Assembly: GCA_965246715.1 (NCBI GenBank)
Contig: CBDFFH010000030.1
Location: forward strand, 1 to 41,560
Reading direction: 5' to 3'
DNA: 41,560 bases
Source of the DNA: Chamaesiphon sp.
GTDB lineage: Bacteria; Cyanobacteriota; Cyanobacteriia; Cyanobacteriales; Chamaesiphonaceae
Shown here: piece by piece, positions 8,332 to 19,142 of the stretch
How positions within the stretch are numbered: the first letter of the stretch is position 1
How the letters are laid out: every line of letters starts with the position of its first letter
The notes under the pieces: model-generated
What the model saw: only the letters and a program-made list of their open reading frames with translations
The model's database searches: none
Told to the model about the DNA's origin: nothing
Translations under genes and position numbers: made by a program

Positions 8332-9747
8332 GTGCTCAAAAAAATTCTCCCTATATGTTTGCTAGCTCTGTGGTTCCTCAGTGGGCCGTTAATGGGCAAT
8401 GCGTTGGCAGCCGATGTCAAGACCAATGCGATCGATGTCAATGGGATCAATACTGGTGATACAGCGTGGATGCTAGTTTCGTCGGCATTAGTGCTATTAA
8501 TGACTCCTGGCTTAGCGTTTTTCTATGGTGGTTTGGTGCGTTCTAGGAATGTCCTGAACACCATGATGATGAGCCTGGTGTTGATGGCAGTTGTAGGCGT
8601 TACTTGGGTGCTCTGGGGTTATAGTATTGCCTTTTCACCCGATTCGATTACCAAAGTTAAAGATGTGGTTACGGTTAACACCAACCCAATTTTTGGTAAC
8701 TTAAATTGGTTTGGCCTAAATGGTGTGGCTTTCGACCAAGTAGACCCAGTGGGTTATGCGCCAACGATCCCGCATCAAGTCTTCATGATTTACCAGATGA
8801 TGTTTGCCATCATCACTCCAGCGCTAATTTCGGGTGCGATCGTCGAACGGATGAGCTTCAAAGCTTACTTCTGGTTTGTCTTGCTCTGGTCTACTTTGAT
8901 TTACTCTCCCCTGGCGCACATGGTCTGGGGTAAAGGATATATCGGTGCTACTCTCGGCGCACTCGATTTTGCTGGTGGTACTGTAGTACATATTAGTTCT
9001 GGTGTTTCTGCTGTTGTTGCAGCCTGGATGGTTGGCAAGCGTAGAACCTATCCGAATCAACCAGCAGCACCGCACAATGTGCCGTATGTGCTGCTCGGGA
9101 TCGGATTATTATGGTTTGGCTGGTTTGGCTTCAATGGTGGTAGTGCTTTAGGTGCTAATGGTTTAGCTGGGGTAGCATTTGTCGCAACTGCTGTTGCTGC
9201 CTGTGCTGGCGGTTTGATGTGGATGATCTTGGAGTGGGTATTGCGCAGCAAACCTACGGCTGTCGGGATTGCCAGTGGTTTCTTAGCTGGTTTAGTCGGA
9301 ATTACGCCTGCGGCTGGTTTTGTTACCCCACTGAGTGCGATTTTGATCGGTTTGATTACAGCTACTTGCTGCTTCTTTGCAGTTAGTGTCCGTGCGAAGT
9401 TACAGTTTGATGACTCGCTCGATACCTTCCCCGTTCACGGTGTCGGTGGTACCGTCGGTGCGATCCTGACTGGCGTATTTGCGACTAAATCTGTTAACGC
9501 TGCTGGTGCTGATGGCTTACTTGCTGGTGATGCTAGTTTGATCGTCAAACAAATCATCGCTACTTTGATTACCTATGTCATTGCTGCGGCTGGGACGTTT
9601 ATCATCATCAAAGTCTTGAGCTTAGTGATGGAACTTAGAGTCAAACCAGAAACTGAGTATCAAGGTTTGGACATCAACGAACACGGCGAAGAAGGCTACG
9701 GCGAAGAATTCGCTGCTGGTTTGAGCTTGGCTGAAAAAGAAGGGTAA
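8332..9747 (+). CDS. amt1: Ammonium transporter
   Basis: LMTPGLAFFYGG, DFAGGTVVH, LWFGWFGFNGGS, DDSLDTFPVHG, EHGE motifs; GTG start. Confidence 0.97.
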   Translation: MLKKILPICLLALWFLSGPLMGNALAADVKTNAIDVNGINTGDTAWMLVSSALVLLMTPGLAFFYGGLVRSRNVLNTMMMSLVLMAVVGVTWVLWGYSIAFSPDSITKVKDVVTVNTNPIFGNLNWFGLNGVAFDQVDPVGYAPTIPHQVFMIYQMMFAIITPALISGAIVERMSFKAYFWFVLLWSTLIYSPLAHMVWGKGYIGATLGALDFAGGTVVHISSGVSAVVAAWMVGKRRTYPNQPAAPHNVPYVLLGIGLLWFGWFGFNGGSALGANGLAGVAFVATAVAACAGGLMWMILEWVLRSKPTAVGIASGFLAGLVGITPAAGFVTPLSAILIGLITATCCFFAVSVRAKLQFDDSLDTFPVHGVGGTVGAILTGVFATKSVNAAGADGLLAGDASLIVKQIIATLITYVIAAAGTFIIIKVLSLVMELRVKPETEYQGLDINEHGEEGYGEEFAAGLSLAEKEG

Positions 9748-9814
9748 AACATCGTCAATTATGAATGATGAATTATGAATGCTCCTGATTTAGAGTTCTA
9801 ATTCTGATTAAAAT

Positions 9815-9850
9815 ATAGTCGTGGGTTGCAACTGACCCACGACTATTTTA
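9815..9850 (+). terminator. Rho-independent terminator after amt1
   Basis: ATAGTCGTGGGT...ACCCACGACTAT 12-bp stem followed by T residues. Confidence 0.75.
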
Positions 9851-10001
9851 TGTTTAAGGGTAGCTCAAGGCAAAATTCATCTTGCAAGTATCCGAAACTC
9901 TACTAATAAACTTGGAAATAATATCGACTCGCACCCGTGGGCACTACCCACCATATATAAACTAACGAAATCCTGCCAATTAAATCATAATTCATAACTC
10001 A

Positions 10002-11243
10002 ATGGATACTAAAGCTTTTAAAAGATCGCTCAATCAATCAGAGAACTATCATCGCAAAGGATTCGGGCATCAAGCTGATGTTGAAGTTGTACTCAAGTCA
10101 GAATATCAAAGCAATCTGATTCAGGAAATTCGCGATCGTAATTACACACTCACTCGTGGCGATGTGACGATAAAACTTGCCGAATCATTTGGTTTTTGTT
10201 GGGGAGTCGAGCGAGCGGTTGCCATCGCTTATGAGACCCGCCAACATTTCCCCACCGAACAGATCTGGATTACTAATGAAATCATTCACAATCCTTCTGT
10301 CAATCAACGTTTACGGGATATGAATGTCAAGTTTATTCAAGTCGAAAATGGATTTAAAAACTTTGATATTATCGATCGCGGCGATGTCGTAATTCTCCCG
10401 GCCTTTGGTGCTAGTGTCCAAGAGATGCAATTACTTAACGACAAAGGCTGTACGATCGTCGATACTACCTGTCCGTGGGTATCTAAGGTATGGAATACGA
10501 TCGAAAAACATAAAAAAATTGACTACACCTCGATTATTCACGGTCAATACAAGCATGAGGAAACTGTTGCCACTAGTTCGTTTGCTAACAAGTATCTAGT
10601 GGTGTTAAATATGGCAGAAGCTAATTATGTCGCCGACTACATTCTTAATGGTGGTAATTCTCCAGCCGAGCAGCTACACAAACGTACTGAATTTCTCACT
10701 AAATTTAGCAAGGCTTATTCCGCAGGTTTCGATCCGGATATCGACTTAGAACGAGTCGGGATTGCCAATCAGACTACCATGCTCAAAACCGAAACCGAAG
10801 CGATTGGCAAGTTGTTCGAGCGGACGATGATGAAAAAATATAGCACCGCCGAATTAAACGACCATTTTCAGAGCTTTAATACCATCTGCGATGCCACCCA
10901 GGAACGTCAGGATGCCATGTTTAAACTCGTTGACGAAAAACTCGACCTGATGGTCGTCATCGGCGGTTATAACTCCTCTAACACCACTCACCTGCAAGAA
11001 ATCTCGATCGAGCATCAGATCCCTTCCTATCACATCGATAGCGACGTTCGCATCCTGTCAGGAAATCGGATCGAACACAAGCCGCTGGGTAAAGACTTAG
11101 AGATTGCCGAAAATTGGCTCCCTGCAGGCAAAATCGTCGTCGGAGTCACCTCGGGAGCTTCTACTCCCGATAAGGTCGTTGAAGATGCGATCGAGCGGAT
11201 CTTCGCGACCAAAAGTGGCGCTGCTGTTGGTGCAATGGTCTAA
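10002..11243 (+). CDS. ispH: 4-hydroxy-3-methylbut-2-enyl diphosphate reductase
   Basis: [43 protein letters not shown] motifs. Confidence 0.97.
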   Translation: MDTKAFKRSLNQSENYHRKGFGHQADVEVVLKSEYQSNLIQEIRDRNYTLTRGDVTIKLAESFGFCWGVERAVAIAYETRQHFPTEQIWITNEIIHNPSVNQRLRDMNVKFIQVENGFKNFDIIDRGDVVILPAFGASVQEMQLLNDKGCTIVDTTCPWVSKVWNTIEKHKKIDYTSIIHGQYKHEETVATSSFANKYLVVLNMAEANYVADYILNGGNSPAEQLHKRTEFLTKFSKAYSAGFDPDIDLERVGIANQTTMLKTETEAIGKLFERTMMKKYSTAELNDHFQSFNTICDATQERQDAMFKLVDEKLDLMVVIGGYNSSNTTHLQEISIEHQIPSYHIDSDVRILSGNRIEHKPLGKDLEIAENWLPAGKIVVGVTSGASTPDKVVEDAIERIFATKSGAAVGAMV

Positions 11244-11310
11244 TCCGGGCGATCGCACCAGCACTGCCAAGGTATGTTACGTTAACTACACTCGGTAATC
11301 GATCGCTGTG

Positions 11311-11345
11311 AAATAGCACTAGTAACCACATTGCTAGTGCTATTT
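11311..11345 (+). terminator. Terminator hairpin after ispH
   Basis: AAATAGCACTAG...CTAGTGCTATTT inverted repeat. Confidence 0.7.
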
Positions 11346-11603
11346 ATTAGAAATAGCTCTAGAGCGATAATAGTACAAAAATATTTAACTTAAAATTACC
11401 ACCGACGATTGGCTGAAATTATCGAAAATTTTAGGTGGCAATTGAGAAAAATTTGCTAACCTCACCCGATTGGGCGATGCGAGGATAGTTTGGGACAGAG
11501 CGCGCGTACGTCAATCACCAAGCCATAGCTCAAACATGAATCTTTGGTAAAAGTCTTGTTTCTCGATCGAATTAGCAAGTTATCATGTTACTTATAAATT
11601 GAG

Positions 11604-11918
11604 GTGCAAACTGTGCTCCAAACACTAATCGCGGTTATTTTAATTACATCATTTCTGATGATTTTCTTCTGGTCTAGCTATCGTCAGCGATTGCGAGCGC
11701 ACAGTCGGCGGATGACGGTGGTTGAGTCCAACTCCAACCGTCGCTTTTACAAGCGGATCAGCAGAGATCCTGAAGAGCAATATGTTGAAGGGGTCGGCTA
11801 TGTCATTGGCGATCTTACTTGCAGCTTTAATGCTCGCTCTCCCTACATCCGTTGTGCGGTAAATCCCGACGGTCTCTGTCAAGATTGTCGTCACTATCAC
11901 AATCGGGAAAACAATTAG
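11604..11918 (+). CDS. DUF6464-like small membrane protein with Cys-rich tail
   Basis: N-terminal TM helix; IGDLTCSFNARSPYIRCAVNPDGLCQDCRHY motif; GAGG RBS overlapping the GTG start. Confidence 0.75.
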   Translation: MQTVLQTLIAVILITSFLMIFFWSSYRQRLRAHSRRMTVVESNSNRRFYKRISRDPEEQYVEGVGYVIGDLTCSFNARSPYIRCAVNPDGLCQDCRHYHNRENN

Positions 11919-12003
11919 CAATTAGCAATTATTTAACCTGGGTTGCGGCCGATCTCCCGAACGGGATATCCTGATGGATTCATTGCCAGAAAACTGTGAA
12001 TGT

Positions 12004-13065
12004 ATGCACATCGACCTCTATCCCTATACCGTCCACAAAAAGTTTGCGCTGACAATCTCCAGAGGTACCAATCACCGAAATCAGAATTTGGCAGTAGGAA
12101 TTGTTGCCGATGGTATTACTGGTTGGGGAGAGGCGGTGCCATTTACGATCGGGACTCAAGTGCAATCGTTCGAGCTAATTATCGCAGCTTTGAGGGCGAT
12201 CGGCCCCGATTTGACGGGTTATCATCCGCTGCAACGTAGCGAGATCGAGCGGCTGATGCGCGAGCGGCAATTGCCCTCAGCCGCTCGCGCGGCGATCGAT
12301 CTCGCCTTGTATGATTGGTTGGGTAAAAGTGTCGGCTTACCGCTATGGCAGCTATGGGGCTTGGATCGAGCGCAAATCGGCCCGATTTCCGTAACGGTGG
12401 GGATAAGTAGCCCCGCCGATGCGCGGGCGAGAATTCGCGGCTGGTTGGAAGTATTCGACACCCGGTTTTTAAAAATAAAACTCGGCAATCCTGCAGGAAT
12501 CGGTGCCGATCGCGAGATGATGTTGGCAGTTAAGGATGAAATGCCTGATGCCAAATTGACGGTGGATGCTAATGGCGGCTGGAATCTCGCCGAGGCAATT
12601 TATATGAGTCAGTGGTTGGCGGATTTAGGAGTAGCATATCTGGAGCAGCCGCTAGCACGGGGAGACGAAGCGCGCTTGGCCGATCTCAAACGCCAATCGC
12701 CGTTACCAATTTTTGTCGATGAGAGTTGTTTTACTAGTCAGGATCTACCCGGTTTAATCGATCGCATCGATGGTATTAATATTAAGCTGATGAAAGCGGG
12801 CGGCTTGACTGAGGCAATTCGCCTGATTCATGTTGCTCGCGCACATGGATTGCAAGTAATGTTTGGTTGCTATTCCGATACAGTCTTAGCCAATACAGCC
12901 GCCGCACATTTATCTCCATTAGCAGATTACCTAGATTTAGATAGTCATTTAAATCTTATAGACGATCCGTTTATCGGTGCAAAGTTAAGTGAAGGTCGAC
13001 TCATTCCCAGAAATTTAGCTGGGCTGGGAGTAAGCTGGAGCGACATGAGCATCGCTAAATCATAA
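12004..13065 (+). CDS. L-Ala-D/L-Glu dipeptide epimerase (enolase superfamily)
   Basis: GWGEA, KIKLG, VDANGGW, EQP, VDES, NIKLMKAGG, DLDS motifs; likely start MHIDL at 12004. Confidence 0.9.
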   Translation: MHIDLYPYTVHKKFALTISRGTNHRNQNLAVGIVADGITGWGEAVPFTIGTQVQSFELIIAALRAIGPDLTGYHPLQRSEIERLMRERQLPSAARAAIDLALYDWLGKSVGLPLWQLWGLDRAQIGPISVTVGISSPADARARIRGWLEVFDTRFLKIKLGNPAGIGADREMMLAVKDEMPDAKLTVDANGGWNLAEAIYMSQWLADLGVAYLEQPLARGDEARLADLKRQSPLPIFVDESCFTSQDLPGLIDRIDGINIKLMKAGGLTEAIRLIHVARAHGLQVMFGCYSDTVLANTAAAHLSPLADYLDLDSHLNLIDDPFIGAKLSEGRLIPRNLAGLGVSWSDMSIAKS

Positions 13066-13067
13066 CA

Positions 13068-13853
13068 ATGAATCATCAAAAATTAATCGAGCTACTCACA
13101 AATACTCCAGAGTTAGGGATGGAGTTTAAAATTCATTTATACGATTCGCTGCCATCGACTAATGATGAATTAGCCCGATTAATTGCCGTAGAAAATGCCC
13201 CGCCAGGGACGATTGTTATTGCCAAACAACAAACAGCTGGACGCGGACAACGCGGGCGAACTTGGGAGTCAAATGTCGGTGGGTTGTATTTATCACTTGC
13301 CATCTCCCTAAATCTACCAGCTACAGATGCCCATCAATTAACGCTGGGAATTGTCTGGGGTATCGCCGATCGATTACGGCAGCAAAACCTACCTGTAGTG
13401 ATTAAATGGCCTAACGATCTGCTACTATTCGGTCGAAAACTCGGCGGAATTTTAACTGAAACCCGTGTACATCAAGGTATCATTCAACAGGCGATCGTTG
13501 GTGTCGGAATTAATTATGCCAATCCAGTATCAGGTCTAGCGATCGACTTAGCACCAAACGATCTGTGTCAGCCAAATTACCGAAACTTCAGCATCGAGAT
13601 GTTAACAAGCTGTACTATTAGGGGAATAATAAGCGGGTACAAGCGTTGCACTCCAGCAACGATCGACAGTTTACTGTTGGACTATCTGGAACTACTCAAT
13701 GCTCGTGGACAAATGGTGACAGTAGATGGTCAGTCCGGAACTGTGTTGGGAGTCTCCCCACAAGGAGAATTACATATCGGTTTTATTACTGCCACAGGGA
13801 TAACTGAAACTTATCTCCAACCTGGTACATTCACCTTGGGCTATGAGGGTTAA
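13068..13853 (+). CDS. birA: Biotin--[acetyl-CoA carboxylase] ligase
   Basis: STN, QTAGRGQRGRTWES, IKWPND, KLGGILTE, GVGIN motifs. Confidence 0.95.
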   Translation: MNHQKLIELLTNTPELGMEFKIHLYDSLPSTNDELARLIAVENAPPGTIVIAKQQTAGRGQRGRTWESNVGGLYLSLAISLNLPATDAHQLTLGIVWGIADRLRQQNLPVVIKWPNDLLLFGRKLGGILTETRVHQGIIQQAIVGVGINYANPVSGLAIDLAPNDLCQPNYRNFSIEMLTSCTIRGIISGYKRCTPATIDSLLLDYLELLNARGQMVTVDGQSGTVLGVSPQGELHIGFITATGITETYLQPGTFTLGYEG

Positions 13854-13943
13854 TAACTTTAGTAAGCTGCGAAATTAATTGGTTTTGCTATGCTAAAGCG
13901 AAGGAATAGTTCTGAACTGGACTGCAATTATAAAAAAACTATT

Positions 13944-15443
13944 ATGAGCAGCAAGGCAGAAAAAACGTCGCACAATTTACATCAGCAACATCAAACTAGC
14001 ATCTTCTTTCGCAATCCTACGCTCTTAAAGATCGTTGCTTGGCTGGGTAGTTTGAGCTTCATCGGCACTACTGGCGTTGTCTGGGCCGATCTCAGACCGA
14101 TCTCTACAGCCCAAACCCAGCCGCAGGCTTTGCTTCAGGCTGTGCCAGTTGCAAACAAGGCGATCGCTCCTCAGGATCGCGATATTTTTGGCCCCCCACT
14201 GCCCACCGCGCAACGGCCAGTTTCCGTACCGATTACCGCCGATCGACTTCCCAATCGTGAAGTCCCGATGGCCGTCGCCCCAGCGTCTGCTGCGATTTCG
14301 CCCACAGGTAAGCTCGTTCGTCCACAACATGCCGATTTATTGACCGCAGACAACTACACTGTCGGGGTAAATGGTGCGACTGTAGGACAGCCGATTGCTG
14401 AAGAATTTATCGAGATTCCCGTTCCAGCACCCCTGCGGGCAAACATTCCCCAGCAGAATGCTGAATTAGTGAGTGCCACTAGCAGCCAAGTGCGTCCGAA
14501 TACGCTCGTTACACAGTCTTTGCCAGCAACTAGTCTCAAGTCACAAACTCGGGGACAGTCAGCCCCTACTTACCGATCGGTACCACAAGTTTCCAATCTC
14601 CCTCCACTCGCTTCGATCCCAGCTCGGTTCGGACGTGCGGCCGATCGCAATTCCGCTCTAGACAACGTTGCCAAAAATGCCCGTCCTGGTCTCAAGCCTA
14701 CTATTGTCGCACCCATCAAACCCGCTATTGTCGCGATTCGATCGACTGACGATCTCACTACGATTTCCAGTAATGCGTCATCCTTGGTGGAGATTTTCGT
14801 ACCTTCACCGCGCACCCAAACGATCCCCGTATTAGCTGTCGCTCGGCTGCCACAACTCAACCAGAGCGGAGTGGTACCCTCAGTTCCAGCAATTCCAACC
14901 GTTCGTCCCGCCAGTACTATCGCGCAATCCAACCCACTGGCTTTAGCCAACCCGGCTGGCTCGACCGAGATTAATTCACAATTAATCTACCCACTCACCA
15001 ATCCTGCACCGATTACCTCCAGTTTTGGATGGCGGACGCATCCGATTACTGGGAGTAGACGCTTTCACTCAGGTGTAGATATCGGCGCGCCGATGGGCGC
15101 ACCCGTAGTCGCGACAGGATCTGGCACGATCGTTTCTGCTGGTTGGCTCGGTGGCTATGGTAAGGCAATCGTCATTCAACACAATGGCATTCGCCAGACC
15201 CTCTACGGGCATCTATCTGAGGTTTTTGTCCAACCAGGACAACAGATCGAGCAAGGCACTGTCATCGGGCGGGTCGGCAGCACTGGGAATTCAACTGGCC
15301 CCCACCTGCATTTTGAAACTCGAACTGCTACTGCGGACGGTTGGGTCGCTAGCGATCCAGGTGGCGAAGTCGAATACGCATTGGATAACCTGCGGCGCTC
15401 GATGCCATTTGCCCAACGGGAATTACCTCCTGGCATCAATTAA
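13944..15443 (+). CDS. M23 family metallopeptidase with long P/A/S-rich N-terminal region
   Basis: HSGVD, YGHLS, GSTGNSTGPHLHFE motifs; N-terminal hydrophobic anchor; start 13944 or 13890. Confidence 0.9.
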   Translation: MSSKAEKTSHNLHQQHQTSIFFRNPTLLKIVAWLGSLSFIGTTGVVWADLRPISTAQTQPQALLQAVPVANKAIAPQDRDIFGPPLPTAQRPVSVPITADRLPNREVPMAVAPASAAISPTGKLVRPQHADLLTADNYTVGVNGATVGQPIAEEFIEIPVPAPLRANIPQQNAELVSATSSQVRPNTLVTQSLPATSLKSQTRGQSAPTYRSVPQVSNLPPLASIPARFGRAADRNSALDNVAKNARPGLKPTIVAPIKPAIVAIRSTDDLTTISSNASSLVEIFVPSPRTQTIPVLAVARLPQLNQSGVVPSVPAIPTVRPASTIAQSNPLALANPAGSTEINSQLIYPLTNPAPITSSFGWRTHPITGSRRFHSGVDIGAPMGAPVVATGSGTIVSAGWLGGYGKAIVIQHNGIRQTLYGHLSEVFVQPGQQIEQGTVIGRVGSTGNSTGPHLHFETRTATADGWVASDPGGEVEYALDNLRRSMPFAQRELPPGIN

Positions 15444-15455
15444 CAGACGACTTTG

Positions 15456-15485
15456 GCCAGAGAATCGCTCTCTGGCAGGATTTTT
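15456..15485 (+). terminator. Putative terminator after M23 gene
   Basis: GCCAGAGA-atcgc-TCTCTGGC stem with a T-run shortly after. Confidence 0.5.
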
Positions 15486-15796
15486 GCCAGTTATCTCGAC
15501 CAACGAAGCTAGCTGAAAACGATCGATCGTTATCTCACCTACTCATCCTTGCGATCGCTGCAAGGATATTTTTGTAAGCAGTGAATAGCGATCGCACAGA
15601 AGGGTATATTAGTTGATATTGAGAGGAACTGTGCGATATTGCCTGCAAACCCGAGGTTTTGGGGCTATCTAAGTTTGTTCGATGTTAATGAGATCGATCG
15701 CGCCGAACGAGATTGTTATTTCGATCGGGATGGTAGCTCGGGCAGATCGTTCGTGGTTCCTCGCACTAATTTAGTCCAGAAGGAAAATAAGGTGGC

Positions 15797-16351
15797 ATGT
15801 TACTAAAGTCACAAGACGTAAGTTATTGTCAACTTGTGCGTCAGGTCGAAACTTCATCCGCAATTGTCAGCGGTGTAAATTATCAAGGTAATTTATTTAT
15901 GCGTGGCAATTCATATCCGCTGTCACAACGTCAGTTGGCAATTATGGAGATGCGGCGCAGTTATTTAGATCCCGAGCCAGCAATAGCCTGCTTATTGGTA
16001 GAAGAAGGCGATCTGTTAACTATTTGGTATGAAGATCGGTACATTATTAAGGTAGTTGAAACTGCCGCAGAAATCGTTCGTTATTTCGACCTCATCGAAC
16101 TAGTCGAACAGATGCGATCGTCACAAGGAGTCAAGATCGAGACGCGTTCTCAAAGTTTTCGCCTCCCATTTAAACAATGCTTTATCGGACGAGAAGCAGT
16201 AGATTGGATGTCGAGCCGACTCGCGATCGGTCGGCAGGAAGCCGTGATGCTCGGGCAAAGGTTGATTGAAAAAAATTTGCTCCAAAATCTATCCGATCGC
16301 CAACCATTTGCCGATGCAGATCTATTTTATCAGTTTTATCTAGACCGCTAG
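15797..16351 (+). CDS. DEP (Dishevelled/Egl-10/Pleckstrin) domain protein
   Basis: C-terminal CFIGREAVDWM...RQEAVMLGQRLIEKNLL...FADADLFYQF is the DEP signature; AAGGTGG RBS. Confidence 0.85.
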   Translation: MLLKSQDVSYCQLVRQVETSSAIVSGVNYQGNLFMRGNSYPLSQRQLAIMEMRRSYLDPEPAIACLLVEEGDLLTIWYEDRYIIKVVETAAEIVRYFDLIELVEQMRSSQGVKIETRSQSFRLPFKQCFIGREAVDWMSSRLAIGRQEAVMLGQRLIEKNLLQNLSDRQPFADADLFYQFYLDR

Positions 16352-16496
16352 AAATTATGAATTAGTGAGTTATAAATTTACCCACCAATAATCTCTATTT
16401 CCTTTCCCCTTTCCCTTAACAGCTAACCCCTAATTTCCGATCGGCATTCCCGTTAAGACCAGTTACTATTGAAACAAGAGCGCCTTCTTTTGAGTA

Positions 16497-18635
16497 ATGA
16501 CCATATTCTGCCCCAACGGACACGAAAACTCTAACACCAACCGTTTCTGTCAAGCCTGTGGCAGTGCGATCGTCGTGCCCGGAAATAATTTGACAACCGG
16601 AATACTGCTAGGCGATCGCTATCGGATTAAGGCAGAAATCGGGCAGGGTGGCTTCGGACGAACTTATTTATGTGAAGATATCAATCGGTTTAACGAACTG
16701 TGCGTACTCAAAGAATTTGCACCACAAGTCCAAGGCACGGCGCTGCTTACCAAAGCCCAAGAATTATTCGAGCGGGAAGCCGGGGTGATGTATCGACTCC
16801 AACATCCGCAAATTCCGATGTTTAGGGAAATGTTTCGGGTAAATCGCGCTGGTGTCGGGCAGCTATTTCTAGTCCAAGATTATGTCGATGGCATTAATTA
16901 TCAAGGACTCCTGCGACAGAGATTGCAACAGGGCAAGCAGTTTACCGAGGCCGAAATTACCGCGTTCCTCAAGCAAATTTTACCCGTACTTGGCTATATC
17001 CATTCGTTGGGGGTCATCCATCGCGATATTTCGCCGGATAATTTGATCGAGCGCAAAAGCGACGGATTGCCCGTACTGATCGATTTTGGTGGTGTCAAGC
17101 AAGTAGCCGTCAACGCCGTCAATGCGGTGAATGAGGCAATTCAATCACCATCGGTTGTGGCGATGGGCAATAGCGACGTACCTACGCGATTGGGTAAAGT
17201 CGGCTACGCACCCAACGAGCAAATGCAACGGGGTGTGGTATTTCCGCATAGCGATTTATACGCCCTAGCAGCCACCTCCTTAGTCTTATTGACAGGTAAA
17301 GAACCCCCCGAACTGATCGACCCGCAAAATTTTACCTGGAATTGGCGCGAATATATCACGCTCAGCCCCCACCTGGCCAGCGTGCTCGATCGAATGCTGC
17401 AATTGCGTCCCAACGATCGCTTTGAGTCCGCACAGGCTGTCCTGACAGCACTGGAAACAGGAAATGCGATCTCCACTCCCGCCGCGAACCCGAACGTTGC
17501 GATGCCACCGACGCTCAAGGTTCAGCCGATTGCCAGTCCGGTTCAGTCTCAAGCAGCAACGGTAGTCGCTGGTGGGGCCAGTAAATCGCAAGCCTTACCG
17601 CCAACCACAGTAACGTCATTTAAGGAACCAGGATTATTAGGGGTTGTCGGCAAAACCTGGCTGACGATCGCGGCGATTATCGGGGCGATCGGTTGTGGCT
17701 GGGTAGTTGCTAGTATCGTGTTCAACAAGTCGCAGCCGCAGCCAGCACCGATCGAGTCTGCTGCACCACAATCTGTTACTAGCCCTACCTCAGTTGCCAG
17801 TAACAGTAGCTCGCCCATGCCAGTAGCAACAACCACGCCAACTCCCACCACCAGCGGTACCGCTACCCCAATAGCGGCGATCTCGCCAGCGCTGCCTGCG
17901 GCTCTAGCTAGTAAGGGGGTCAACGAGCGAGCTTATGGGGATGCCGTCAAACAAGTATTTAGCAGCCAAAATCCCAATGTCACCACAGTACTAACTGGCG
18001 ATAATCGAGTGCGATCGCAACTAGAGACGATCTCTAGTGACTTAGGCACTAAGCTGACGAGTCAACTTAGTAGTGATGCTGTCCAACAAATTGGCAAATA
18101 TCAGCCAGCCAATCGCTTGACATGGCGATCGCAAGTAAATCAGCTCCATCTAAGCGAACGCGCGTTAATCGATCTCACTGATGCCAAATATCGACAGATT
18201 ACTGAATTTAATGCCCAAAAATTGGGACTCAGCAACGAGCGGTTTTTGACTACGCCAATGGGTCAAGTCTATCTGGCGACGATGTTCGATCGCGTCCAAG
18301 CGATTAAATCCAAACAAGCTAGCGACGAGATCGTCTTTCCGACCGGTCAAACTAGCGGTAAAGTCAGCGGCACCTTGCAGCCAGGGGAAGGAAAAGTTTA
18401 TATCGCCAGTTTGGGGAGCGGTCAAAAAATTGCCGTCGAGATAACGGCCAACGAGCGACCGCACTTATCGATTTATCCCCCGACCAGCAAGTTACCCGCT
18501 ATGCTAACCACCGCTGCCACCGAGCGGTGGTCGGGGACGACCACCGCCAATGGTTATCACGAATTTGCGATCGTTTCGCATAGCGATCGCCCGCTGCGTT
18601 ACGAACTCCAACTGAGCGCTGACACCTTGTGGTAA
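16497..18635 (+). CDS. Membrane Ser/Thr protein kinase (Hanks type) with N-terminal zinc ribbon
   Basis: CPNGH..CQACG, GQGGFG, VLKE, HRDISPDN, DFG, GYAPNE, DLYAL; single TM; S/T/P linker; C-terminal beta-rich (PPC-like) domain. Confidence 0.93.
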   Translation: MTIFCPNGHENSNTNRFCQACGSAIVVPGNNLTTGILLGDRYRIKAEIGQGGFGRTYLCEDINRFNELCVLKEFAPQVQGTALLTKAQELFEREAGVMYRLQHPQIPMFREMFRVNRAGVGQLFLVQDYVDGINYQGLLRQRLQQGKQFTEAEITAFLKQILPVLGYIHSLGVIHRDISPDNLIERKSDGLPVLIDFGGVKQVAVNAVNAVNEAIQSPSVVAMGNSDVPTRLGKVGYAPNEQMQRGVVFPHSDLYALAATSLVLLTGKEPPELIDPQNFTWNWREYITLSPHLASVLDRMLQLRPNDRFESAQAVLTALETGNAISTPAANPNVAMPPTLKVQPIASPVQSQAATVVAGGASKSQALPPTTVTSFKEPGLLGVVGKTWLTIAAIIGAIGCGWVVASIVFNKSQPQPAPIESAAPQSVTSPTSVASNSSSPMPVATTTPTPTTSGTATPIAAISPALPAALASKGVNERAYGDAVKQVFSSQNPNVTTVLTGDNRVRSQLETISSDLGTKLTSQLSSDAVQQIGKYQPANRLTWRSQVNQLHLSERALIDLTDAKYRQITEFNAQKLGLSNERFLTTPMGQVYLATMFDRVQAIKSKQASDEIVFPTGQTSGKVSGTLQPGEGKVYIASLGSGQKIAVEITANERPHLSIYPPTSKLPAMLTTAATERWSGTTTANGYHEFAIVSHSDRPLRYELQLSADTLW

Positions 18636-18822
18636 AAATTAGCCATCGGCATAAATGCCTGACTGTTACTCAATTGCCGTCGATCGATCCATCGTAAATG
18701 CTAACAATTGTGAGCTGTGTAACAATACAACCCGAGTTATTGGGTACAATGGTGTTAGTGGTGTAATTAAACTAGCTGTTAATACAGCAGTCAGCACCAA
18801 TATCGAGTTTTATACATACACA

Positions 18823-19032
18823 ATGGAATCAAGCGTCCCGTCTGGCAAATCTAAAACCGAACCTCCGCCACATAGGTGGGGCGAGGTATGCGGAAGTGCG
18901 ATCGCGATTTTAACACTGATATTGCCTGTCGCGGCGATCGTTCACTACTCACCAGCCAGCAGCGTCCAAGCCTTACCAACTCTACCAGCGAATGGCTTGC
19001 CGTCTGTAACGTCGATCGCAACTACCGAATGA
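18823..19032 (+). CDS. Small single-TM hypothetical protein
   Basis: 69 aa from ATG 18823; hydrophobic SAIAILTLILPVAAIVHYS resembles conserved small cyanobacterial proteins. Confidence 0.55.
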   Translation: MESSVPSGKSKTEPPPHRWGEVCGSAIAILTLILPVAAIVHYSPASSVQALPTLPANGLPSVTSIATTE

Positions 19033-19142
19033 CATCCATCCAAGATTCTGACGCGAACATCTATTCCCCAATCCCCAATCCCTAGTAAAATGCAACAGGG
19101 GGAAATATTTCCCCTGGTAATTTTCAGTTGGAGAATATTGTT

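Noticed and set aside
11244..15796. tRNA or riboswitch in the larger intergenic gaps (11244-11603, 15444-15796)
   Set aside because: No cloverleaf, T-loop or known riboswitch motif was recognised by eye.
18655..18822. Upstream half of the 125-aa ORF
   Set aside because: Reads as promoter DNA; the plausible protein starts at 18823.
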